Position numbers and translations under genes: made by a program. A stretch of DNA of 64,000 nt from Candidatus Izemoplasmatales bacterium (GTDB lineage: Bacteria; Bacillota_I; Bacilli_A; Izemoplasmatales; Hujiaoplasmataceae): contig JBFXGX010000001.1 in NCBI GenBank assembly GCA_050177605.1, forward strand, positions 124,349 to 188,348. The letters run 5' to 3'. A model generated the notes under the pieces. It made no database searches, was not told the DNA's origin, and saw nothing but the letters and a program-made list of their open reading frames with translations. Below are positions 49,218-57,594 of this stretch, in pieces (positions within the stretch are counted from its first letter, which is position 1; each line of letters opens with the position of its first letter).

Positions 49218-49249
49218 AAAAATGCTTATCAAAACGATAAGCATTTTTT
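49218..49249. terminator. Bidirectional terminator
   Basis: AAAAATGCTTATC-AAAAC-GATAAGCATTTTTT. Confidence 0.85.
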
Positions 49250-49681
49250 CTATTCATGATGGTGATGTTTGTGATGATGATCTTGATGTTCATGTTCGTG
49301 GTGATGTTCTTCACTTCCGTGCTCATGATGATGGTCATGATCATGGTGTTTTTCACAACACTTATCGCTTGATTGAAGACCTGTCGTTAATAATTTATCA
49401 ATGATCATTTCCTTTTTTCCGGCAACACCAAAGACAACTTCCATCTTAAAAGCATCTAATATTTGTTTTGCTTTGGCTCCGAGGTTTTCAGCGACAACAA
49501 CATTAACTCCTTGATCATACAAAAATTTTGGTAGAAATCCAGGGCGATGTTCTGGATTTACGACAACTGTTTCGTTGGCTACATTATTTTCTTCATTAAC
49601 CTCGTAAATTGCGAAGTGGTCGCAGTGTCCAAAATGGTCAAGTTCATTTTCTTGATTTAATGCTAAAGCTATCTTTTTCAT
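49250..49681 (-). CDS. NifB/NifX (dinitrogenase FeMo-cofactor-binding fold) protein with His-rich tail
   Basis: KIAL...HFGHCDHF...NPEH...GV.VVVA..LG.KA; tail CCEKHHDHDHHHEHGSEEHHHEHEHQDHHHKHHHHE. Confidence 0.85.
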   Translation of the reverse strand: MKKIALALNQENELDHFGHCDHFAIYEVNEENNVANETVVVNPEHRPGFLPKFLYDQGVNVVVAENLGAKAKQILDAFKMEVVFGVAGKKEMIIDKLLTTGLQSSDKCCEKHHDHDHHHEHGSEEHHHEHEHQDHHHKHHHHE

Positions 49682-49692
49682 ACAGTCTCCTC

Positions 49693-50052
49693 TTATTCTT
49701 GGTTCATTGAATGGAACTGTTTGCTAAACCGACCGGGATGTTTACAACGTTCACAATCGCGATCACATATTGTATATTCCCCACCTGTGATATTCAATTG
49801 TTTTCCATTAATTAAAGAATCCGCAATCTTTTTTCGAGCATCATTATAGATGCGTTGCACTGTTGTTCTAGCAACAAGCATTTGATCAGCAGCTTCTTCT
49901 TGTGTATAATTCTCATAATCAATTAAACGGACAGTTTCAAGTTCATCTACCGAAAGAATGATAACTTCTCTAGGTGATTTTTCTTGATACGGTCCATAGC
50001 TGTTATGATTTGGCATTTGACATACACTACGTTTTTTTTGTGGCCTAGGCAT
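49693..50052 (-). CDS. DUF134 family putative DNA-binding protein
   Basis: MPRPQKKRSVC, DELETVRLIDYE, TQEEAADQMLVARTTVQRI HTH, ARKKIADSL, GGEY..C...C..C. Confidence 0.9.
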   Translation of the reverse strand: MPRPQKKRSVCQMPNHNSYGPYQEKSPREVIILSVDELETVRLIDYENYTQEEAADQMLVARTTVQRIYNDARKKIADSLINGKQLNITGGEYTICDRDCERCKHPGRFSKQFHSMNQE

Positions 50053-50069
50053 AAAGTTCCTCCAAATAG

Positions 50070-50102
50070 ATTATACGATAGTTATGAACATATGTCAATA
50101 AC
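50070..50102 (-). promoter_or_regulatory. Sigma-A promoter with palindromic operator over the -35
   Basis: TTGACA-17-TATAAT; GTTATGAACATATGTCAATAAC (50081-50102) matches its reverse complement at 18 of 22 positions. Confidence 0.75.
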
Positions 50103-50659
50103 TAACATAGGGATAAAAGTCGAATTATTTCTTCTTTCTGACTAACTATATTATATACCTCAACATAAGGAATATGAAGAGATGTTGCTTGATTCTTTAT
50201 TTTTCTGCTAACATTTTTTAAATAATCGATCAGATCGATCATTTCTTTGGAAGATAGATGACTAAACCAAGGGTTTTCAAAGTCATTGATATGATTCCTT
50301 AATTCCTGCGTTTTTTCTTCAGTGGATACTTCACTATATCCTAAATAAATAAACTGAATTTTATCCTTAAAATCATGAAGGAGTTTGCTTGCAAAAGATG
50401 GGTTAAAGTGAACTCCTTCAATCAGGTAATCAATACCGTTTTCGACCATTGCTCTAAGCATTGGATAAAGGTATGGTTCAAGCGAAGTGGCTACAATTTC
50501 ATCATCTAAAGTATGATCTACACCTGTTTCTTTTCCTGATAAAGATAAACTCATCATTAAATAGTCGGTTGAAAAGTAAGGTATGTGATACTGATCAATG
50601 ATATATTTTGATAAATAGGTTTTCCCAGACTTTGCAACACCTGAAATAATATATAACAT
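50102..50659 (-). CDS. P-loop small-molecule kinase (AAA_33/2-phosphoglycerate kinase-like)
   Basis: IISGVAKSGKT, STDYL, LIEGVH. Confidence 0.7.
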   Translation of the reverse strand: MLYIISGVAKSGKTYLSKYIIDQYHIPYFSTDYLMMSLSLSGKETGVDHTLDDEIVATSLEPYLYPMLRAMVENGIDYLIEGVHFNPSFASKLLHDFKDKIQFIYLGYSEVSTEEKTQELRNHINDFENPWFSHLSSKEMIDLIDYLKNVSRKIKNQATSLHIPYVEVYNIVSQKEEIIRLLSLC

Positions 50660-50660
50660 T

Positions 50661-52295
50661 TTATTCGTTTACAGGTACATGTTGTTCATACATTTCATAA
50701 GTAATCTCATCATAATATTTTTCTGATATAATAAATTTCTTATTCAAAACAACATAAGCTCCATAGATTAACGCAATCGGAACAATCGAAATAGAAATAC
50801 GCATTAATAATCTCATCGTAGGGGTGGCTTGATCTTTAAAAGCCGAGTCAGCTGCATCATTGATTACCATTTCTTCGACACCATCATTATTAGCATCTTC
50901 GAAAGTAACTAAAGATAATGCATCATATAAATCAGATTTAACTTCGTCAGTGACATCTACTTCATCAAGAATGGTTTGTCTTAATGTTATGTTATCTTTA
51001 TAGATTACTTGTTCTGAAGCAGTAAGTTGGTCATATACATTCTTTTGATTTTCAAGTTGTGAAATGTTTTGGCTTAATAGATAAACGCCTGAGACAATCA
51101 ATACCAGTGTAACAACACCTTGTTGTAAAGCGCTAGCAAATTTCGCTACGAAAGGACGTAAAGAGAAAATAACGGCTTCGTTTCTCTTGCCTGTCTTATA
51201 TTCATTATATTCAATTGTATTGGTCATATTAACGATAATGACCATATAAAATATCGCTTGTCCAGAGAATACAAGAGCACCAAATAGACAAGTCGTGATA
51301 ATGTGTACAGGGAAGAATGGAATGTAGCCCATTAGCAATAACAAGATATATCCTAATGCAAGAACGAGAAAACTAATTTTCAAAAGTTGTGAACGTGTAT
51401 ATTTTTTCGCTAACGATGCATAAAAACTTTGTATTAAAATATTACTTACACCAAAAGTTGCGACGAAAATAAGGACAAGTGTTCCGTTATAACCAAGTTC
51501 GAGATAAAAGAAATTGTATCCAAGAGCAACAAGAAGTCCTGAACCTACACTATATAAAAGAAGTGCTAAGGCAGACCAGAGTAGTTGATCATTACTTTTT
51601 ATCACAGAAAACATTTGCTTAATCGTAATTTTTTCTTCATCAGGAGCAATCTTTTCTTTCGGTTCTTTGACCCCCAAAACAGTTAATAACGTACAAGCAA
51701 TAAAAAAGATTGAAAAAGTATAGGAAATGATACTATATCCTCTCACTGCGTTTCCAACAGTTGTAAAACTGATGATAGCATTTCCTAGAAATGCCCCAAC
51801 ACCAGCGAACACTACAACAAGGGTTGCGATTTGATCGCGGTCTTTTTTCTCTCTAGCGAGATTTGGAAGCATTGACCAGTAAGGAATATCATTGAGTGTA
51901 AAGGAAGCTTCCCAAACCAGATAAATTAAACCAAAAAAGACAACATAACCCCATCCTGTTGGACGGAAATTAAACATAAAAATAACTACAATTGCCGTTA
52001 ATACAGCTCCTAGTAATATCCACGGTTTAAACTTACCCCAACGTGAATGTGTATTTTCAACAATGGATCCCATAATTGGGTCATTGACAGCGTCCCATAC
52101 TCTCCCGATAACAAGCATAATTCCAATCACTGAAAATTGCGCTGCTGATAAGCCAAGTCCTGCAAACTGAATGTAAGTGATTAAAAAAGTAGCGACTAAT
52201 TGATACATCATATCTCGTCCAATGCCGCCAACACTGTACGTCCATTTATTCCTTGAAAGTAATTTTTTCTCCATTTCAATAATATTTGATTCCAT
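50661..52295 (-). CDS. MFS glycoside-pentoside-hexuronide (MelB-like) cation symporter
   Basis: GRDMMY, RVWDAVNDPIMG, SRWGKFKPW, NDIPYWS, EYNEYKTGKRNE. Confidence 0.9.
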   Translation of the reverse strand: MESNIIEMEKKLLSRNKWTYSVGGIGRDMMYQLVATFLITYIQFAGLGLSAAQFSVIGIMLVIGRVWDAVNDPIMGSIVENTHSRWGKFKPWILLGAVLTAIVVIFMFNFRPTGWGYVVFFGLIYLVWEASFTLNDIPYWSMLPNLAREKKDRDQIATLVVVFAGVGAFLGNAIISFTTVGNAVRGYSIISYTFSIFFIACTLLTVLGVKEPKEKIAPDEEKITIKQMFSVIKSNDQLLWSALALLLYSVGSGLLVALGYNFFYLELGYNGTLVLIFVATFGVSNILIQSFYASLAKKYTRSQLLKISFLVLALGYILLLLMGYIPFFPVHIITTCLFGALVFSGQAIFYMVIIVNMTNTIEYNEYKTGKRNEAVIFSLRPFVAKFASALQQGVVTLVLIVSGVYLLSQNISQLENQKNVYDQLTASEQVIYKDNITLRQTILDEVDVTDEVKSDLYDALSLVTFEDANNDGVEEMVINDAADSAFKDQATPTMRLLMRISISIVPIALIYGAYVVLNKKFIISEKYYDEITYEMYEQHVPVNE

Positions 52296-52434
52296 GGTAT
52301 CTCCTTCATTAATAGTGGTTTATTTAAAAATCATTATATCAATTTTCAAGTGTAATTAATAGGTGTTTTTTAAAATAACAAGCATCCCTCTTCAAGTAAT
52401 CTTCATCTTATGTTATATTATAGCGGGTGATATT

Positions 52435-52746
52435 ATGAAAACAATCGAAAACTATCAAGAATTTAATGAAATTATTAAAGATCCACTAACAATCATTATT
52501 GCAAAAACAAAGACGTGTAATGTTTGTGTTCCAATTACAAAAAAATTAGAAGAGTTCATGGTTCCATATCCGAATATTCCTCTTTACCAAATCTATTTGG
52601 AGGATGTATTAGAATTTCAAGGCCAACAACTCATTTTTACTGTTCCAACCATCGTAGGATTCAGTGAAGGGAAAGAGATTTTAAGAGAATCCCGTTTTAT
52701 TGATTTTGATAAAATCGAAAGATTACTTCAAATATTTAGTGAATAA
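52435..52746 (+). CDS. Thioredoxin-family protein
   Basis: CNVC motif, FTVPT cis-Pro motif, EILRESRF; start at ATG 52435. Confidence 0.8.
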   Translation: MKTIENYQEFNEIIKDPLTIIIAKTKTCNVCVPITKKLEEFMVPYPNIPLYQIYLEDVLEFQGQQLIFTVPTIVGFSEGKEILRESRFIDFDKIERLLQIFSE

Positions 52747-52765
52747 AAGGTCGCAGATTGCGACC

Positions 52766-53347
52766 TTATTTTTTTTGGTATCGATTTGGATAATTCTTGC
52801 GAGCTAAATCCGTATAATAAAGAATAAGTTCTCCTTTTTCAGATGTATACTTATCTCGGTCGTGCTCATACTTCATCATTAATTCCTTTTTCAAAGTCAC
52901 ATAAGCATCTCTTGCTTCTTCATGTTCCCTTAAATAATCTCTAAAATACAGTTCATTGTAATCTCCAAAGTATCTGACATGCACATGAAAAGCTTGACCA
53001 ACAAACCCTTTCTCTGTATATCCCTTTTTTAGTAGAAAATGTGGTGCATGATTATCAAAATGGACTGATACAAGATATCCATTTTCTTTTGCAACTTGCT
53101 CAAACCACTTTAAATCAGTATCTTGACCGATTTCAAGTAGAATATCGATTGTTGGTTTTGCTACAAGTCCCTCAACACTTGTAGAACCAATATGATTAAT
53201 TCGCTCGATGACATTACCATATATGTTTCTTAAGATGGAAGCTTCGGATTGATATATTTGTGTCCACAAGGGATTATATTCACAGAGGATAATTGGAAAT
53301 AGTTGCCATAACTCTTCATTTGTCATTTCATCAAGTTTTTTATTCAT
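52766..53347 (-). CDS. GrpB family protein (UPF0157)
   Basis: YNPLW, HIGSTSVEGLVAKPTIDI, HVHV, FRDYL, YVTLK, YTSEK. Confidence 0.9.
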   Translation of the reverse strand: MNKKLDEMTNEELWQLFPIILCEYNPLWTQIYQSEASILRNIYGNVIERINHIGSTSVEGLVAKPTIDILLEIGQDTDLKWFEQVAKENGYLVSVHFDNHAPHFLLKKGYTEKGFVGQAFHVHVRYFGDYNELYFRDYLREHEEARDAYVTLKKELMMKYEHDRDKYTSEKGELILYYTDLARKNYPNRYQKK

Positions 53348-53390
53348 ACGAGCACCTCACATTCGTCATTATAACACATTTCAAAAAATC

Positions 53391-53419
53391 TTGACAAAAT
53401 CTTTCGAAGAGCATAAAAT
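53391..53419 (+). promoter_or_regulatory. Sigma-A promoter of the riboswitch-antiporter unit
   Basis: TTGACA-17-TAAAAT. Confidence 0.75.
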
Positions 53420-53424
53420 GAAAC

Positions 53425-53506
53425 ATGGGAATGAAGTACTCCCTGAGGAAACTTGAACCGCGTGAGCTGATGACTTCTACAACATTTTTTTGTTGTAGAT
53501 TTTTTT
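53425..53506 (+). ncRNA. Fluoride (crcB) riboswitch with overlapping intrinsic terminator
   Basis: GGGAATGAAGTACTCCC...AACCGC-GTGA-GCTGATGACTTCTAC fits the consensus GGNRATGRNGTNYNCC...AACCGC...GCTGATGACNYCTAC; pseudoknot GAAGT/ACTTC; terminator TCTACAACA/TGTTGTAGA plus T7. Confidence 0.9.
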
Positions 53507-53521
53507 ATAGGAGGAACAAAG

Positions 53522-54697
53522 ATGTTACTGAGTATAGCACTAATTATTCTTGTAAGTTTGACACTGACTAGTCTATTTCAAAAAATAAGGATACCCGGAA
53601 TCATCGCGATGATTATTACTGGAATTATCCTTGGTTCGCTTGGATTAATTTCAGATAATATATTGGCGATATCTGCTGACTTAAGAGAGATTGCTTTAAT
53701 TGTTATTTTGTTAAGAGCTGGATTAACTGTAGATTTAAATGATCTCAAAAAAGTTGGAAAAACAGCAATTCTTCTTTGTTTTATTCCCGCAACCATTGAA
53801 ATCGCGACGATTGCCCTTCTAGCACCTGTCTTTTTCGATATTACATTAACCGAAAGTTTGATTCTAGGTTCTGTTATTGCAGCTGTGAGCCCAGCCATTG
53901 TCGTCCCTCGAATGATCCACTTAATTGAAAATAAATATGGCACCAAAAAATCTATTCCTCAAATGATTTTAGCGGCAGCGTCAATCGACGATATTTATGT
54001 TATTATTCTTTTCACATCCTTTGTTCAACTCTATCAAACAAATAGTTATTCTTTTATGTCACTTCTTGAAATACCACTATCGATTCTACTAGGTGCGATT
54101 GCAGGTATTCTTGTTGGATTGATACTTGTCTGGTTTTTCAAAAAATATCATTTTAGAGACACGATTAAGGTGATGATTTTATTTAGTATCAGCTTTCTAT
54201 TTATTTTTCTTGAAAATACAATTAAACCCTACATCGGTTTCTCTGGATTACTTGCGATTATGGTGTTAGGGGGTACAATTCTTGAAAAATATCCTACCCT
54301 CGCTTCCAGACTTACCACTAAATTCTCAAAAATATGGGTTTTAGCTGAAATCATGTTATTTGTCCTGGTTGGTGCAATTACAGACGTGAGTGTCCTCGTA
54401 AACATCGGTCTTCTCGCAGTCGTACTGCTTCTTGCCTCGATGTTTTTCAGGATGGTCTCTGTTTATTTTATTACGGGTACTGCCAAGCTTTCAAAGAAGG
54501 AAAGAGTATTTGCGAGTTTCTCTTATCTACCAAAAGCGACTGTTCAAGCAGCGATTGGTGCAATTCCTTTATCTTTAGGAATTGAAAATGGAAACCTCAT
54601 TTTGATTATCGCTGTATTGTCTATCGTTATTAGTGCGCCGATAGGAGCAATTTTAATTGATTCACTTCATGAAAAAATGTTAACTCAAGATGAATAG
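53522..54697 (+). CDS. Cation:proton antiporter (NHA2/SLC9B-like) under a fluoride riboswitch
   Basis: About 12 TM helices; LREIALIVILLRAGL, AVSPAIVVP, ASIDD, LPKATVQAAIG. Confidence 0.88.
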   Translation: MLLSIALIILVSLTLTSLFQKIRIPGIIAMIITGIILGSLGLISDNILAISADLREIALIVILLRAGLTVDLNDLKKVGKTAILLCFIPATIEIATIALLAPVFFDITLTESLILGSVIAAVSPAIVVPRMIHLIENKYGTKKSIPQMILAAASIDDIYVIILFTSFVQLYQTNSYSFMSLLEIPLSILLGAIAGILVGLILVWFFKKYHFRDTIKVMILFSISFLFIFLENTIKPYIGFSGLLAIMVLGGTILEKYPTLASRLTTKFSKIWVLAEIMLFVLVGAITDVSVLVNIGLLAVVLLLASMFFRMVSVYFITGTAKLSKKERVFASFSYLPKATVQAAIGAIPLSLGIENGNLILIIAVLSIVISAPIGAILIDSLHEKMLTQDE

Positions 54698-54722
54698 AAA
54701 AAGTCCACCAACGTGGACTTTT
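54698..54722. terminator. Bidirectional terminator
   Basis: AAAAAGTCCAC-CAAC-GTGGACTTTT. Confidence 0.8.
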
Positions 54723-55065
54723 ATTTTTGATTTCGAATGATTATTTCTTTCACAATTTGTTTCATTGCATTAAAATCACTGGGTTGATCATATTTGATTC
54801 TAGTCGTTGCTTTCGAATGATCAGGATATTTCATCAAAGTACTTAATTTATCAATCATCTCAAAATCAATTGTATGCATCGAAAAGAATTTGTTATTCGC
54901 CATAAAGGAAACAAAATGACGACCTTTCAGTTTAATTGTCGGCATACTATAAAATGAAACTAACGATAGATGAGGAAATTCCTCTTTCAAGAAATCTCGA
55001 ACATCTTCCATCCATTCTTTTTGAATGCCTTGTAGTGAAGAAATTAATACCTCTACTTGTATCAT
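54721..55065 (-). CDS. DUF1801/YdhG-like protein
   Basis: SFYSMPTIKLKGRHFVSF resembles the YdhG ISYGMP motif; ATGA-coupled to the OsmC gene. Confidence 0.55.
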   Translation of the reverse strand: MIQVEVLISSLQGIQKEWMEDVRDFLKEEFPHLSLVSFYSMPTIKLKGRHFVSFMANNKFFSMHTIDFEMIDKLSTLMKYPDHSKATTRIKYDQPSDFNAMKQIVKEIIIRNQK

Positions 55066-55460
55066 TTAAAAACAACCTCGAGATCCATTTTAGCGACTTG
55101 ACTAATTGTATTATGAATCGAACAAAATTTAGTCCCTAGTTCGGCACTTCTGGTTAATTGAGCTTCGTTTTCTCCGCCGAAAATAGTAATGACGATTTTT
55201 ACGTGTTCAAGGGTTTGAACTTCACCGGTTCTTTTTTCGCCACTTACTTCTACTTCCGCTTTTTCAAAAGTTAATCTTTTTTTATTCGCGATTGCTAAAA
55301 AAGTGGAATAAAAACAAGATCCTAAAGCGCCAAACAATAAATGATATGGTCTCATTCCATTTTCTTGTGCTCCTATCAGTACTTTTCCACTAGGAGAAGT
55401 CATCTCTCCAACAAACTCGTTTGTAAAACTTAATTGTACATTGTCAACATCAAAAGCCAT
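55062..55460 (-). CDS. OsmC/Ohr family protein
   Basis: RPYHLLFGALGSC and KFCSIHNT with both conserved Cys. Confidence 0.85.
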   Translation of the reverse strand: MAFDVDNVQLSFTNEFVGEMTSPSGKVLIGAQENGMRPYHLLFGALGSCFYSTFLAIANKKRLTFEKAEVEVSGEKRTGEVQTLEHVKIVITIFGGENEAQLTRSAELGTKFCSIHNTISQVAKMDLEVVFK

Positions 55461-55581
55461 GAATATCACCTCATAGTATATTATACTATATAAATATTAA
55501 AATGTTTCATAAAAGACTTTTGATAGTTTACTATATTACTACACGAACAAACTTACAATGTTTGAAATTTAAAGGTTTCAT

Positions 55582-55603
55582 TGTAAGCGCTTTATGTTAT
55601 AAT
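55582..55603 (+). promoter_or_regulatory. cre-like site abutting an extended -10
   Basis: TGTAAGCGCTTTAT followed by TGTTATAAT. Confidence 0.6.
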
Positions 55604-55664
55604 ATGCTTGAGAAAAAAATCATTTTTTTTTGCAAAAATAACTATTCTAGAAGGGAGTGTCCTT

Positions 55665-56717
55665 ATGAGAGATGAACTAGTCAAAGTTGTCATATGGGGT
55701 TTTGGAGCAATGGGCTCAGGTATGGCCAGAATGATTCTTCGAAAAAAAGGGTTTGATATTGTTGGCGTATGTGATCATAGTGAAGACCTTTACGGCAAAA
55801 GTATGTTCGATTTACTAAAAAAAGATCCTGTATCTCATGATGTTATCATCTGTAATGATATTGAAAAGACACTTCATGATACAGAACCTGAAATTGTTCT
55901 TTTAGCCACAGACTCTTTTTTAAAGGGAGCATTTCCAAAAATTAAGTTGTTAATAGAGCATGGATGCAATGTGATTTGTACTGCAGAAGAAATGGCTTAC
56001 CCCCACGCGACAAACCCAATACTTGCAAGCGAGATTCATACTTTAGCAAAATTACATAAAGTGACGGTTCTTGGCACTGGAATCACCCCTGGAATGATGA
56101 TGGACTTAATGGCTGTAACATTAACGGGTGTGATGCGAGATGTCAAAGAATTTCATATTACAAGGATAAATAGTTTATCTCCATTTGGAAAAACAATTAT
56201 GGAATCGCAAGGTGTCGGCTTTAGCATCCATGATTTTCAAGATAAACGGAATAAAAATCAGATTACTGGCCATGTTGGCTTTAAAGAAAGTACTTTTATG
56301 ATTGCCTCTGCATTAGGACTGAATGTCGAAAGTTTTCACCAAAGTATGGATCCAATTATAACGAATGTTGATCGAAAATCTCCTTATGGTTTTGCGCCAC
56401 GCGGAAATGTCTGTGGTGTCGATATGAGAGCGATAGCGATGTTAGAACATCGTATTCCAATTCACTTGCATCATCCTCAACAAATAGAGCCTGGACTTGA
56501 AGGTGTGCAAACAAAAGACGAGATAATCATCCATGGAACGCCAGAAGTTCATATGACGATTTCACCTGAGGTCGATGGCGGTATCGGTACAATTGCCATT
56601 TGTGTGAACATGATACCTCATGTTATTAATGCTAAACCTGGACTAAAAACGATGATTGATTTACCTGTTCCTAGAGCAATTATGGGCGATGTTCGCTTTC
56701 TTTTAGACGAAGACTAA
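55665..56717 (+). CDS. ord: 2,4-diaminopentanoate dehydrogenase (ornithine oxidation)
   Basis: IWGFGAMGSG, TAEEMAYP, VLGTGITPG, GHVGF, HPQQIEP, GGIGTIA, MIDLPVPRA. Confidence 0.82.
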   Translation: MRDELVKVVIWGFGAMGSGMARMILRKKGFDIVGVCDHSEDLYGKSMFDLLKKDPVSHDVIICNDIEKTLHDTEPEIVLLATDSFLKGAFPKIKLLIEHGCNVICTAEEMAYPHATNPILASEIHTLAKLHKVTVLGTGITPGMMMDLMAVTLTGVMRDVKEFHITRINSLSPFGKTIMESQGVGFSIHDFQDKRNKNQITGHVGFKESTFMIASALGLNVESFHQSMDPIITNVDRKSPYGFAPRGNVCGVDMRAIAMLEHRIPIHLHHPQQIEPGLEGVQTKDEIIIHGTPEVHMTISPEVDGGIGTIAICVNMIPHVINAKPGLKTMIDLPVPRAIMGDVRFLLDED

Positions 56718-56755
56718 TCTATAAAAAAACCACCAAAATTGGTGGTTTCATCTTT

Positions 56756-57523
56756 CTACTTTTGTTTATTTCTAATATGAATAACTGTATTTATCTTCTT
56801 AATTTCAAATTCAGGCATTTTTTCAAAGAAGGCTAAATGACGGATATTTTCGCCATAATTACGAGGATGAAATCCTGGAAATTTTCGTTGGATAAGTTGT
56901 GCCACTAAACTCCAATAAGCCCATCCATCATCTTCCATATTTTGATTAATAATATTTTTTAATTCGACTTTGATTTTATTAAGCGGTGTAATGGAACTTT
57001 CAAGTTTATTCGTTGTTTGTTTAGTGGATTTCGATTTGGTGGCAGGAACTTCTTTCTTTTCTTCAACGGTTGCTTGCTTTTCAGTCGATAACATTTTATC
57101 TAGATAAGCAAAATTTTCACAGGAGTTAACTAAAGAAATTGGTGTTTTACTTTCACCCATACCAAAAACAAACATATTGTCTTCTCGAAGTCTTGTCACA
57201 AGTTTCGTGAAGTCGCTATCACTTGAAACAATACAAAAACTATTGACTTTTCCAGAATATAAAATATCCATTGCATCAATGATCAACGTAAAGTCAGAAG
57301 CATTTTTCCCAGATGTATACGCATACTGTTGGACTGGTGTTAGACCAAATTCACTGATTCTTTGTTTCCATGGGTTGAGTTGTGGTGTAGTCCAATCGCC
57401 ATAAACTCTACGATAGTTTATTTTCCCATATTTATTCGCTTCATCAACTATTAATTCGATGTAGCTTGGACTAATATTTTCCGCATCAATTAGCAATGCA
57501 ATACTTTTATTTTCAATATCCAT
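56756..57523 (-). CDS. NYN (LabA/DUF88 PIN-like) domain protein with C-terminal LOTUS/OST-HTH
   Basis: LIDAEN, RVYGDW, GKNASD, IDAMD, VSSDSDF; C-terminal DGWA...PGFHPRNYG. Confidence 0.88.
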   Translation of the reverse strand: MDIENKSIALLIDAENISPSYIELIVDEANKYGKINYRRVYGDWTTPQLNPWKQRISEFGLTPVQQYAYTSGKNASDFTLIIDAMDILYSGKVNSFCIVSSDSDFTKLVTRLREDNMFVFGMGESKTPISLVNSCENFAYLDKMLSTEKQATVEEKKEVPATKSKSTKQTTNKLESSITPLNKIKVELKNIINQNMEDDGWAYWSLVAQLIQRKFPGFHPRNYGENIRHLAFFEKMPEFEIKKINTVIHIRNKQK

Positions 57524-57594
57524 AGTTTCACCTCTATATTTCATTATAACAAAAAAGTATTAAAAAACGTAGCACTTATTTAAAGGGAGAGCAA

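Noticed and set aside
49222..49404. 60-aa Asp/His/Val-rich ORF and CAT/GAT trinucleotide-like repeats
   Set aside because: This is the reverse complement of the poly-His tail; not an independent gene or array.
57555..57580. Weak cre-like TAAAAAACGTAGCA before pckG
   Set aside because: Too many mismatches to distinguish from background, although biologically plausible.
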